Positions 28,801-40,649 of a stretch of DNA of 64,000 nucleotides are shown piece after piece (position 1 is the first letter of the stretch; each line of letters opens with the position of its first letter). Origin of the DNA: Antechinus flavipes (lineage: Eukaryota); the NCBI RefSeq assembly GCF_016432865.1, contig NC_067403.1, positions 255,564,001 through 255,628,000 on the forward strand, written 5' to 3'. The translations under genes and the position numbers were made by a program. The notes under the pieces were generated by a model. The model saw only the letters and a program-made list of their open reading frames with translations. It made no database searches and was not told the origin of the DNA.

Positions 28801-29670
28801 TGCCTGCACAGGGTCACCCCATGCCTCTGTCCAAGGGCCACTCACAGACAATTCGGCAGTGAAAGAGCCAGGAGATGTTGGGACTCCGCTCCATCTGGGC
28901 AAGAAGAGCAAAGGGTATGAGGGAAGCCATTCCCTTCTCTCCGGGCTCCATCTCCATCCTCTCCCTTCCCGTACCCCCCTCCCCTGGCTCTGCTGATGTC
29001 TTTTTCTGCCTCACTCACAAAATCCACGCGGTCCTCAGCCAGCCAGTGGAAACACTTGAGGAAGAGGAGAAGGGTGAAGAGCGCCACAAACCGGGGGCTG
29101 AAGTCATCCCGGAAGACCGTGAAGGCGAGACAAGTCTCGGTCACTGCATACCAGGAGCGCTCCAGGAGGTGCTGAGTGGGGATGGACGAGACCCTCCTAG
29201 ATTTCGACAACTGGTCCCCCGTGCCACCTCTCCACTTGGCCCCCCAACACAAGGGTCCCCAGGTACCAGGACATCACTGTCCCACAAGGCTCAAAGACAG
29301 CTGGTCCCCAACACCAGGTCCCCCAGCCTCAGGACAGCTGGTCCCCCCGCCCCCCCTCACCTCCATCTCGGCAGCTCTCAGCTGGCCGAAGAACACCTTG
29401 CCCATCACTTTGCCCAGGAGAAAGACGAGCACGAAGGCCTGGATGTACAGGACCTGGGGGACGAGGGAGAGGGGCGCTCAGGACGAGGGTGGGGACAGCC
29501 ATCACCCCCCTCCGTCCCCCGTCCAGATCCACACTCACCGCCATGCTGGGACTGGACTTGGTCAGGTAGACCACAGTGGGGTAGAACTGGTGCTTGAGGT
29601 AGTAAGCGTGGGCCACCACGGCCCCGGTCAGCGCCAGGCTGGCGGCCATCATCACGGCGGTGCGGAACAT
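25895..29670 (-). CDS. SYVN1: E3 ubiquitin ligase synoviolin/HRD1, 15 coding exons, 594 aa
   Basis: Exons 29670-29539, 29453-29361, 29171-29019, 28894-28846, 28442-28339, 28253-28127, 28040-27941, 27684-27619, 27531-27415, 27334-27171, 27052-26927, 26727-26626, 26510-26324, 26239-26082 and 26001-25895, 1785 nt. Starts MFRTAVMMAASLALTGAVVAHAYYLKHQFYP. RING-H2 CIICREEM...[25 protein letters not shown]. Confidence 0.97.
27705..27746. repeat. 42-bp exact intronic duplication in SYVN1 (copy 1)
   Basis: cagctgaagtgccctggagtggaacagggcagggagaaagaa is identical to 28636-28677. Confidence 0.9.
28636..28677. repeat. 42-bp exact intronic duplication in SYVN1 (copy 2)
   Basis: Identical to 27705-27746. 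Confidence 0.9.
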
Positions 29671-29874
29671 GGCCCCGGCCGGGAGACCTGGGGGGCGAAG
29701 GCGGCGGGTGAGCGACCTCCCCGCCCCTACGTGTCCACAGCGGGGGCGCGGGGCCGCGGACACCGGGGGTGGCGAACTCCGGGGCCCCGGCCCCGCCTCG
29801 GCGAACCCGCCGCCCCCGCCCGCGGGAGGAGCCCGGCCCCGAACGCCAGTCCTGCCCGGCCTGCGCTCACTCAC

Positions 29875-30060
29875 CGGGAGCTCGGGGCCCCCGAGCTCGC
29901 TGGTCTCGAGACGACGGCGATAGAGGTAAGGGGAGCAGCGGCGGGGAAGCGCTGACGGGACCGTGACGGGGGCGGTGGCGGCTCCACCAGTTAACAACAC
30001 TCCCCACCCCCTCCAGACCGGAAGTGCGAGCCGCAGACACCTCACTTCCGGCCGCTAGGG
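29875..30060 (-). promoter_or_regulatory. SYVN1: SYVN1 non-coding exon 1 and core promoter (copy A of the triplicated block)
   Basis: Donor CCG|GTGAGT at 29875/29874, exon 2 acceptor at 29687. Inverted ETS pair CCGGAAGT 30018-30025 and ACTTCCGG 30044-30051. Confidence 0.8.
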
Positions 30061-30549
30061 CGGCGGGATGGGATGTACCAAGTGCACCGCCCCTAGCCTC
30101 CTGCAGTCCTCTGGAAATCCTTTCCGATCTAAGCTGAACGGGCAGTTAGAATGCCGCGGAAAGTGGTGAAGGGGAGCAGAGGACTCCTTCCCGGGGAGTG
30201 GGCGCAGACTTTGGAGGAGTCGGGTATCCCCCCCTCCTGGTCACACATGGTATGTCCGGACCACCAAGAGGAGGGTTTTACCCTTCGCTACCTGAAGGGA
30301 GGGGGGAGACTCCTCTCTTGGAAAGCAGCCAGGGCTGAACTATTCGAAGGGGTGAACGACCAAGAAAGTTAAGATGGGAGACCCCGGAGGAAGGAAACAA
30401 GGAGAAAATGAGACACGAAATCCCTCAAAAACCAAGAAAAAAATCTGTGGAAAGTGTGTACCTTTGGGAAACGGAGTAGTACTTTCCCGCTGGGAAAATA
30501 TCTGTATCTTGAACTCCCCCTTTCAGGTCTGTGGAGTGAGATGGGTCGC

Positions 30550-30568
30550 CGTGGCCGCCTTTGATTGG
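30550..30568 (-). promoter_or_regulatory. ER stress response element (ERSE) upstream of SYVN1
   Basis: Perfect CCAAT-N9-CCACG on the minus strand (+ strand: CGTGG ccgcctttg ATTGG). Confidence 0.85.
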
Positions 30569-30581
30569 TCAGCTCAGAGGC

Positions 30582-30593
30582 ACGCGGACCAAT
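30582..30593 (-). promoter_or_regulatory. UPRE-II (XBP1) element upstream of SYVN1
   Basis: Minus strand ATTGG-T-CCGCGT matches the UPRE-II consensus ATTGG-N-CCGCGT described for the human HRD1 promoter (recalled). Confidence 0.75.
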
Positions 30594-32029
30594 AAAAAAA
30601 TTGTAAGTTTGCCTACTAATCGGAAAAGCGGATCGCACACGGCTGTTGCTAAGAGGAACGACCCTGGAAGCCAAGCCGACTGTCAAAGCGCGCGGAGATC
30701 TCGGGTGGGGGCGTGGCCGTGGAGGCCGAAACGGCAGGGACTGGAGAGCGGCCAAGGAGCGGAATCAGAGAGCGCTTTAGCCTTCGGGGCCGCGTGGACT
30801 GACGGGTCCATTAAGAATGGGGGCCGCCGGCTGCCCAGCTGGGGGCATGCGCCTCCCCTGACTCGTTTTGTGACCTTGGGCCAGGAGGGCATCCTTGCCC
30901 TTCCATGCCCTGCGGCTCCTGGTTGTTTCTCAGCCTTGGCCTCGAGTCTCTTCTGTCCGGATAGGGGAGATGAAGAAGCGGGAAAGTCTCTTAACTGAGG
31001 ACCTACTACGCGTTATAATAACTTAGGAGAGTCTGGCCGCTGAGAGCTTACTATGTATCGCACGTCCCTACGCTGACTGCGGGAAACCTTGTAACCTCCA
31101 AAGGCCTCAGTTGTTACTTTCGGCTCCGCCCCCACCCCGCGTCCAGAGAGGCCCACGCTAGAGACACGGGACCCGGATTCTGGTTACGCACTTGGTTTCC
31201 TTAACTCCAAGCTCCTTTGTTTGCACCCCTATGGTGCAAGTGTAGCTGTAACGGAGACCGTTGTAATATTATGGAAAGGGGCATTAAGGGGGTGAGGGAG
31301 ATGTGAGATGGCTGCCTCCAGGTGCCGCGACCAGTCTTAGTATCGTGTGAGCTGGCACCGAAGCTGAGCACTAAAAGCTCTCAGTGACGTGGGGGTTGGG
31401 AAGGGGGCACGTGCCCGGGAAGCCCGGATCTTGCCCTTCGGAGGAGTTAACCACCAAGCAATTCGAAGCCGGATAGTTCAGAGAACAAAGAGAAAGGTTT
31501 GCCCAAGTGGGGACTGCGGCCGCCCCTCAGGTGGAGCTGCTCCTTCTCTCCCCCCTCCCCCCAACAGGTGTGGCAGTGCCCTGACTTAGGGAGCTTTTCT
31601 AGACACTCCCCTAGGCAACGCTTTCTAAGACTTTCACTCGCGATTCCTTTTCACTGGACCCCAGAGATAAGTTATAAAACAGGTGTACAAATCAAACATT
31701 TGTGGACAACAAATCATTTTGCGACCCTCAGATTCAATTAGAAGATCCTAGATGACCTCAAGAACCAGTTTCCGAAGCTGGACATTATTACTGTAAGCCT
31801 ACACTTCTGGAGAACAACTGATCATAAAGTAAAATAGATATAGTTGCAAAAGAAACCAACACTACAGAAATACATTTATCAAACCCCCCCCCAAAAAAAA
31901 AAAAAAAAAAAAAAACAAGCCCTGGATCTCAAGAGCCCTTCTTGGAAGTTGTTTCCTGTATATAGCAACACTGAAAAGACTATTCCTGAAAGTGGGGCTG
32001 TTTGCAAAACTAGTGCATTTATAACAAGA

Positions 32030-33600
32030 GAACTGTTCGGTTCTGCACACATATATTGTATCTAGGATATACTATAACATATTTCACATGGCTGCCTGTC
32101 ATCTAGGGGAGGGGGTGGAGGGAGGGAAGGGAAGGGAAAAATCAGAATACAAGTGAGTGCAAGGGATAATGTTGTAAAAAATTACCCCGGCATATGTTCT
32201 GTCAATAAAAAGTTATAATTAAAAAAAAACAAAAACAACCTAATGCATATATAACCGTTAATATTCAATACAAAAATGACAAGTTTTTTGCCTGGAGAGG
32301 TTCATGTCCAAAGAATCATTATGTATCTAAAAATAGATAATTTTGATAACATCATTTTTAAAAAAATTTTGCACAAACAAAATGCAACCAAGATTAGAAG
32401 GAAAGCAGGGAACAGGGAACAAAATGTTTACTGGAAGCTTCCCAGATAAAGGCCTCATTTCACAACTAGATAGAGAACCAAGTCAATTCTATAAAAATAT
32501 GAGGCATTCCTTAATTAATGGTCAAAAGATATAAACAAGCAATTTTTAGAAGAAATCAAAGCTGAATTCAAAAGAAATTAAAGTGGATAGAGTACCAGCT
32601 CGGACGTCAGGAGGTCCAATTTGGCCTCAAACACTTAATACTCCCTAGCTGTGTGACCCTGGGCAAGTCACTTAACCCCAATTGCCTCAGCAAAAAAAAA
32701 AAAAAAAAAAAAAATCAAATATGAAGAAAATGCTCTAATCGTTCTTCATTACAGAAATGCAAGTTAAAACAATGTTGGGGTGCCACCTGATGTCTGTAAG
32801 ATTAGCTAATATGACAGAAAACAAATGCCAGAGTAAATGTGGCAAATTTAGAACATCAGTTCACTGTTGGTGGAATTGTAAACTGATCCAACCATTCTGA
32901 TCCTCTTGACTCCAAGGCCGGGGCTCTATTCACTTTACTGCCCCTCCAACCATTATGGAATGCAATTTGGAACTATATTCAAAGAGTTACAAAATTGGGC
33001 ATAACTTTTGACCTGGGAAATGACTATTTACTAGATCTACATCCCAAAGAGATCAAAGAAAAAGCAAAAGAACCTACATCTACAAAAATACAGCCCTTCT
33101 TTTTGTGGTAGCAAAGAACTGGAAACTGAGGGGATGCCCATCAAATGGAAGATGAACAACTTAGGACATATGATGGTGATGGGAGAGTATTGTGCGTCAG
33201 AAATGAGTAGCACACTGTCAGAAAAACCTAGGAAGACTTTCACGCAGAACTAGAACATTATATACAATAACCGTACATATGCTGATCAACTGGAAATAAC
33301 TTAGCTATTAGTAGTAATAGACAATTTTAAAGAACTTATGATTTAAAATGCTATCTTCCTCCAAGGAAGTGCAGATTGAAACTTATTTTTTAAAACTTTG
33401 TTATTTTGGGGGGGTTTTTGGTCTGTCTTTTGCAACATGGCTAACGTGGGAATATTTTGCATGACCACACATGTATAATCTATACCAAATTGTTTGCATT
33501 TTGATGCAACTCAAAATTAAAGTCAAATTTAATTGGAACTCAAAATTTAAAAAAAAATAAATTTTTTCATTTACATGTAATTGAGAAAATATTTTAAAAT
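32030..33600 (+). mobile_element. Cluster of L1 3' fragments containing a WSINE1-like SINE (32582-32714)
   Basis: L1 tail at 32030-32230 ending aataaaaagttataattaaaa. ORF2-like pieces gataaaggcctcatt and ggaatgcaatttggaactat. The SINE has an A tail. Confidence 0.75.
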
Positions 33601-34346
33601 TTTAAAATAATAAAGAAACATTTGGAAAGCTGGAGGAAGAGAAATCCAGATCATACGAAAGGAAGGCAGAGCATCCAAAGCCCATGAGGTTATAACTGGT
33701 AAAGCTTTTGGAGGAGACAAGATCCATCACCCTACCTGGGTTCTCACTCCTCTCTTCCCAGTTCCTTGCCCCTACATCCGGTGATTCCAATTCAGTCAAT
33801 AAACGTGCACGCATTAAAGGCCTAGTTACATGCCAAGCACTGAAATACCAGAAGACAACAGCAAAACCTTCCTAAAATTCAAGGAACTTACATTCTACGT
33901 GGGGAAACCTTCACGTCCAATTATCTGTTCACAGTCCCGAGTAATTTGAGGGCCAGAAAGTGCCTCGGTGGTCAGACATTGAACGATTTACAAAAGGATG
34001 TCCCATTACACAAACCTAACAAATCGTTGTGTGGTCCGTGTTTGAGGACCCCTGAGAAGAGGGTATATCACCTCTTGAGGAAGACCTCTCCACTCGGGCA
34101 TGCCTTTATAGTTGTGGGCAAATTTGTCCTGACAGAAACTCCACTCTGCCCTCCCCATTGCTGCTCCTGCCCTGCCCTCTAAGACCAAACCAAAGAAGTC
34201 TTGACTTTTCTTTTCAAGGAGCTTTTTAGCTCCTTGAAGATAGCCCTCATGTCCCAGATGAGAATCCCTTCCAGGCAAAATGTACCCACTTTGCAGGATG
34301 GACTCTTCCTGTCCTTCTTCATCCTGATTGTAAACCTTTATTCTCT

Positions 34347-34783
34347 CTCTCTCTTTTTTTTTTAAAAATAACTTTTTATTGATAGAACCCATGCCAGGGT
34401 AATTTTTTACAGCATTATCCCTTGCACTCACTTCTGTTCCGATTTTTCCCCTCCCTCCCTCCACTCCCCCTCCCCCAGATGGCAAGCAGTCCTTTACATG
34501 TTGAATAGGTTACAGTATATCCTACATACAATATATGTGTGCAGAACCGAACAGTTCTCTTGTTGCACAGGGAGAATTGAATTCAGAAGGTAGAAGTAAC
34601 CCGGGAAGAAAAACAAAAATGCAAGCAGTTTCTATTCATTTCCCAGTGTTCTTTCTCTGGGTGTAGCTGCTTCTGTCCATCCTTGATCAATTGAAACTGA
34701 ATTAGCTCTCTTTATCAAAGAGATCCACTTCCATCAGAATACATCCTTATACAGTATCGTTGTTGAGGTATATAATGATCTCC
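34347..34783 (-). mobile_element. 5'-truncated L1 with an 18-bp target-site duplication
   Basis: TGTAAACCTTTATTCTCT at 34329-34346 and 34784-34801 flanks an antisense L1 3' UTR, with the T-rich tail at the left end. Confidence 0.88.
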
Positions 34784-34958
34784 TGTAAACCTTTATTCTC
34801 TAGCATATGTTGGATCAGACTGAACTCAACAATCCAGATTAAGTCTGATGAGAGCTGGATTCAGTGGAATTCTCCCCTTCCCTATTCCCTTTTGCAAATG
34901 ACGAAGAAGGCCCTCACTTTTTTTGGCTACCACTTCACTCATGAAACTTGCAGGAATG

Positions 34959-35106
34959 TTTTTGGTTTTTTGCTGAGGCAACTGGGATGAAGTGACTTGC
35001 CCAAGGTCACACAGCTAGGAAGTATTAAGTGTCTGAAGCCAGATTTGAACTCAGGTCCTCCTGACTTCAGGGCTGGTGCTCTATCCATTGCACCACCTTG
35101 ATGCCC
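34959..35106 (-). mobile_element. WSINE1-like SINE
   Basis: Reverse complement of the same SINE consensus (aagtgacttgcccaaggtcacacagctag...gctctatccattgcacc). Confidence 0.85.
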
Positions 35107-36458
35107 TAGGAAGGTTTTCGTAACTGTTGTCTGTCTGCACCTGCCTGCTTCCCTTATATATTTGGCAACTAGATATTTTTGTTCCATGGGCAAGACTTTA
35201 TAGTTCATCTCTACTGAATTTCACGTTATTAGCCTGATCCTGGTGCTCAAGTCTGTCAGTACCTTTTCAGAGTCCACTATTAGCATCTCCTTCCAGTTCT
35301 GTCATCTGCAAATGAGCCGAATATACCATTGGTCCTATATCCAAATGACTGATAAAAATGTGAGATAACCCAGAGCCAGGCCCAGTCCTAGGATATGCTC
35401 CTCTTGAGATATCCAGGGGTGTGGACTTTGAAGCAAGAATAAGTACTCTCAGAGCAAGCTCAGATCCAAAAGAAGTCCTAGGAAAAGTCCCAAAGAAGGA
35501 AGGCGAGGATCCCCAAGGCAGAACATTGCATAAAGTACCAGGGTTTTTTTTTTTTGTTTGTTTGTTTGTTTTGGGTTTTTTGCTAAATTTTTTCTCTCCT
35601 TTTTTAAAAAAAAAAAATTATTAGATGGGATAATTCTCTAGGAGGAAGAACTGGGGAGAAAACCAAAACATAACTTATTGAAAAGAGCAACAGCTCTTGT
35701 TCTCAGTCTAGTCGTCTGAGCAGTTCTGAGCCCAGCTGGAAGGGTTTCGCCCAATCCATGGCCTTTTTCCCAAAAGAATCCTGTGCTTTTATAGCAAAGG
35801 CTGTGCTCCCATCTGGGTAGACTTTACTGATAGCAGTTCTTTCTGTCAAAAAAGGAGCTGAAGTTAGTCTGGGGACACCTCCCAGTTCTGAAAGGAGACA
35901 TGATGACTTGGTAAGAATCACTTCTTTTGAGGCCATCAGTACTTCTTGGATGACCCCATCTGGAATGGCTGCCCCTGCTTTCTCACCGGTCACTGATGTG
36001 CTCAGCTCTCAGACTCTCAGAGTTTATCTAGATGGGGGGGGGGAGCTTAAATTATGCCAGGGTCACTACAAGCTGGTATGCCCTCCTCTCACCTATCCCA
36101 GATACAAACTCCCCGCAAGACACCATTGTTTTGTCATTTCCCATATACACGTGACTCTCCGTTGCAGAAAAACACATGGAAATACAAAAAGAGCAGCTTT
36201 ACCTTCCGTGTTGTCAGCCAGTAAATATTTACTGTGTCTCCTACGTGCCAGGCTCTGGGACTATCATAAAGGAAAAGAGAGTTTGGGACCTTGAGAAGTT
36301 TCCATTTGAACAAATGACACAAAATGCAAATATGCACAAACACTCTTATGTGCAGGATAAAGAAAATAATTAATAGAGGGAAGTTCCTAGAATTCAGAGG
36401 GAGGAAAAGGCTTTCTGTAGAAGATGGAACTTTAGCTAGGACTTAAAAGAATGACAGC

Positions 36459-37607
36459 CAAAGGTTCTGATAAAGGCCTCATTTCCAAAATATATAGAGA
36501 ACTGACTCTCATTTACAAGAAATCAAGCCATTCTCCAATTGATAAATGGTCAAAGGAACATGAACAGACAATTTTCAGAAGAAGAAAAGGAAAGTATTTC
36601 TAGCCGTGTGTAAAGGTGCTTCAAATCATTATTGATCAGAGAAATGCAAATTAAGACAACTCTGAGATTTGACCACACATCTAGTCAGATTGGCTAGGAT
36701 GAACAGGAAAAGATAATGTTGAATGCTGGAGGGGATGCGGGAAAATTGGGACACTGATGCATTGTGGGTGGAATTATGAATGCAGCCAACCATTCTGGAG
36801 AGCAATTTGGAACTATGCTCAAAAAGTTATCAAACTGTGCATACCCTTTGACCCAGCAGTGTCACTATTGGGCTTATACCCCAAAGAGATCTTAAAGGAG
36901 GGAAAGGGACCCGTATGTGCAAGAGTGTTTGTGGCAGCCCTCTTTGTAGTGGCCAGAAGCTGGAAACTGAGTAGATGCCCATCAATTGGAGAATGGCTGA
37001 GTAAATTGTGGTATATGAACGTTATGGAATATTATTGTTCTGTAAGGAATGACCAGCAGGATGAATACAGAGAGGACTGGAGAGACTGACAGGACCTGAT
37101 GCTGAGTGAAACGAGCAGGACCAGAAGATCATTATGCACTTCAACAATAATACTGTATGATGATCAGTTCTGATGGATGTGATCCTCTTCAACAATGAAA
37201 TGAACCAAATTAGTTCCAATTGTTCAATAATGAAGAGAACCAGCTACACCCAGCGAAAGAACACTGGAAAATGTGAGTGGTGCACAACGTGGTATTTCCA
37301 CTCCTGTTATTGTTTGCTTGTATTTTTGTTTTCCTTCCCAGGTTATTTTTACCTTCTTTCTAAATCCAATTTTTCTTGTGCAGCAAGATAACTGTCTGAA
37401 TATGTATGCATATATTGTATTTAACTTATTTAACATGTATGGGACTACCTGCCATCTGGGGGAGGGGGTGGGGAAAAGAGAAGAAAAGTTGGAACAGAAG
37501 GTTTTGCAAAGGTCAATGCTGAAAAATTACCCATGCATATATCTTGTAAATAAAAAGCTATAATAAAAAGAAAGGAAAAAAAGGCTCTTCTAGCCCAAAG
37601 GGAAAAA
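36459..37607 (+). mobile_element. 5'-truncated L1 (ORF2 C-terminus and 3' UTR)
   Basis: ORF 36757-37089 (IWNYAQKVIKLCIPFDPAVSLLGLYPKE...CPSIGEWLSKLWYMNVMEYYC) matches the L1 ORF2 C-terminus. Tail aataaaaagctataataaaa. Imperfect TSD aaaagaatgacagc (36445-36458) / aaaggaatgactgc (37611-37624). Confidence 0.92.
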
Positions 37608-37710
37608 AAAAAAGGAATGACTGCAATTGAGCCAAGAATTTCTTATTTGATAGGGGGGAGATTGATGCCACTGGATTAAAGGGCATATAAGGTGAAAGAA
37701 GCCTGGAAAG

Positions 37711-37712
<2 letters not shown>

Positions 37713-37750
<38 letters not shown>
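37713..37750. repeat. (GT)19 microsatellite
   Basis: Read directly from the sequence. Confidence 0.95.
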
Positions 37751-37753
<3 letters not shown>

Positions 37754-40649
37754 CTAAAGGACTTCCTCAAACAGACTGTGTATTTGGGAGGCAATAGGGC
37801 CTTTGGAGTTCAGAGAATGGGGTGACCTAGGTAGACTATACTTGAAGAAAATGCCTTTGATGGCTGAATGAAGGAACTGGAGGTAGGCTGTTGCAGAGTC
37901 TAGGTGTGAGGTGATAACTGACTGCATCAGGGGGAGGCAGTGTCAGGAGAAGGGCGGATTCAAAAGCTGCTGCAGAGGTGAAACTGGCAGTCCTTTACAA
38001 CTCAGATGGAGGGAGGGGGGGATGAGGCGTTGGGGGCACCTGTGTGAAGAGGCTGGGGGTTTGTCACCCCACAGCAATAGAGCTGAAGGAGGAAGATCCC
38101 GAGTTCTGGTATGGACATGTCCAAGTGGTCAGCAGGGAGGGGAGGGCTGTGGTTAGTTGTTCCATTTACCCGTTTTGTCTTAAATTCTCCCTTTTCCGTT
38201 CCCTCCTTTAGCTTTAGCTCCCCTCCTTTGCTGCAGCATCTTCTCAGACCAAGATTTTTCCAGGTCTGAGTCTTCTATTCCCAAAGCCTTGCTCTCACCA
38301 TCCATTAGGAGCTTGAGAACACTTTCACTCACTCTACTCTTCTCCCTCTGCTGCTTCCTGGGTGTTCTCCAAACTGGATCATTTCTATGGCTCAGTTCCA
38401 TCATCACGGGATGGATTAGCGGCTTCTTCCTCCTCAGAGCACCCAGCTCTCTCCACTTTAGGGGGCTCCAGGGAGTTTTGAAGCTCTAATGGCACGAGTG
38501 CCCCTTTCCTTCCCTTTGTTCTCTCTTCCATTCTCTCCCTCACAAAGGCACAATCTTCCATCTCCTACCTAAGAGCCCTCCCTCCACCACTGATACTCCC
38601 AAATCTCGTTTCTTTTAGGAATTCGTTGTCCCTAAAAACTTGGAGTGGAGAGGCAGCCCGCAGTTCCTTTGTAGCCATATCAGCCCACACCCGAACGCAG
38701 ATAAGCCAGGGACTGGGGCAGAAATGCAAACCTCACACTCCCTGCTCTCCGTGATGGGAATTCTGGCAGCCTTTCTCAGAACTACTTGTGGCGTGTATAT
38801 ATACCACAACACTAGGCCCAAGCACCTAAATAAAATCACAGATGGCCAACAAGCTTGAAAAATGAAAACATTCACAACCAAGTTGTCCCACCCACCGATG
38901 CCCGCTCCGGTTTCCTGCCTGTCTCTAGCTCCACCAGTGCTTCCTCCTTGCTGTCTGAAGACTTCCTCTCCTTTTTCCCATCACCCTCCTGGGTGACTCC
39001 CGGGGAGCTTTATCTGCCTCCATCCGCACTTGTTCTTTATAAACTAGCTGTACTCTGGCTCAGTAACTGGGTCTAAAGTTTGTTCAACATCCCCCATCTC
39101 TACCACCTTCTGCCAAACCGCTTCTCTGCTCCTAGTCCCAGTGAGCTCCAGGATGACCTCCTTTGCAAGCAGCTTCTATCCTCTTCTCATCTGCTCCAGT
39201 GCTGGGGAGCATGGAGGTGGGGGTAGCATGTGGCAGGGGAGAGTGCCAAGAGACACAAAGGAAAACTGAGCCAAAGAAGTTGTGTGCATTTGCGTGGGCC
39301 AAAGGTCGCCCAACTTGAGAGACCAGCTTCCTAACAGGGGCGGAAGTCCGGGCCTATGGCTCAGAGGGGAACTACAACTGATCTGGAGGTCACCAGTACT
39401 ACCTACCCCTGCCCAGGCTGCCCAGGGTCTCTGAGGGGCACACCGCCCAGGGAAGTGGGGAGAGGTCATTGGGCCTGTGGATCCCCCTCTGAGGGAGGTG
39501 GAAGGAAGGTATGAGCTGGCTGCCTACAGAACGTTTCCATCTGGGTGGGCCTACAAATGATTCAGGTTCATCCCGTTCTCCATTGAGCTCCTTGGGCCAC
39601 CAATGAATCTGCATCTCACCTGACTTTGGTCTTTGAGACCCTCCCAAGCACCAGTTCTGCCACCTGAAACCTGAAACATCTAGGTTTCACACTAGGAACC
39701 ATCAAGTCGAACCCTCATTTTAAAGAGGAAGCTCTTCGGGCCCAGAGAAAGCAGGAGATCCGTCCAAGTCTCGGCTAATCAGCGGCAGGACTGGTCTGGA
39801 CCCAGGTCCCCATTCCTGAGCTGGCTTGGGCTTATTTTCTCCACAAGGTTCCTTGATTCTTCCTGTTCCTGGGTCACTTCGCCCTGCAGATTTCATCCTG
39901 GCAGCATCTCCCCTTCCCTGGTCAAACCCTCCAACAGCAGCCCCACTTGTAGCTTCCTTACAAGTCTGTCCTCTCCTGTCCCCCTCAAATCCATCCTTCC
40001 AATGAGGCCCGGTGTAATCTTCTCTGCAGAGATCTGGGCCATGGTGCTGCTGACAGCCTTGGGGGGATCTCCTCCTATGATCTCAGTCAAGTTCTAGCTC
40101 CTCTGCACAGGCCCGCACCAGTCACTGCTCGGCGAGCTCAGCCCTCCTTCCTGGATCAGTTATTTTGTCTGGTGGGCCTGGAGCTAGCAAGGAGCTCAAA
40201 TTCAGGGTCACTTACTCACTACACTGTGCGACCTTAGGAAAGTCAGAAATCCAGCTTGCCTCAGTTTCAGCTGTAAAATGGGGGTAATAGCATCTACCTC
40301 CCTGTGATGTGAGGATCAAAAAAGAAAGTTGTATAAAGCATTCATCAGTGTCTTGGCACACAGAGGCACCATAAATTCTATAATTAGATATGCTTATAAA
40401 CAACAAATATTAGCTTCGATTTTCTAAATCACCTTGCTGCCCCTTCCATTTTGTGGGTTGGTTCATCCCATTCATATTCGGCATATTCAGTTATGATTGT
40501 TAAATGCATCACTGCTTTGTATTATTCTCTAAAATTGTTTTCCAACTTTTTACATAAAGGTGCAGAGACAAAGTTTGGCCCTCGCAATCTCTAGATTTAA
40601 TTTGCTTCTATCCCTATTCCTCTTTTCTTTTACCCAATAACAGGTTTTT

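Noticed and set aside
26048-30045. + strand ORFs of 227-259 aa over SYVN1, and the 238-aa ORF 29329-30045
   Set aside because: Antisense shadows or intron read-through. The spliced SYVN1 model accounts for the coding signal.
39947-40148. Shared stop after AEELE(L/F)D in this block and its paralog at 48466-48659, suggesting a terminal coding exon
   Set aside because: Two 1-bp indels just upstream put the copies in different frames, and copy B has an earlier in-frame stop. Kept only as evidence for the duplication.
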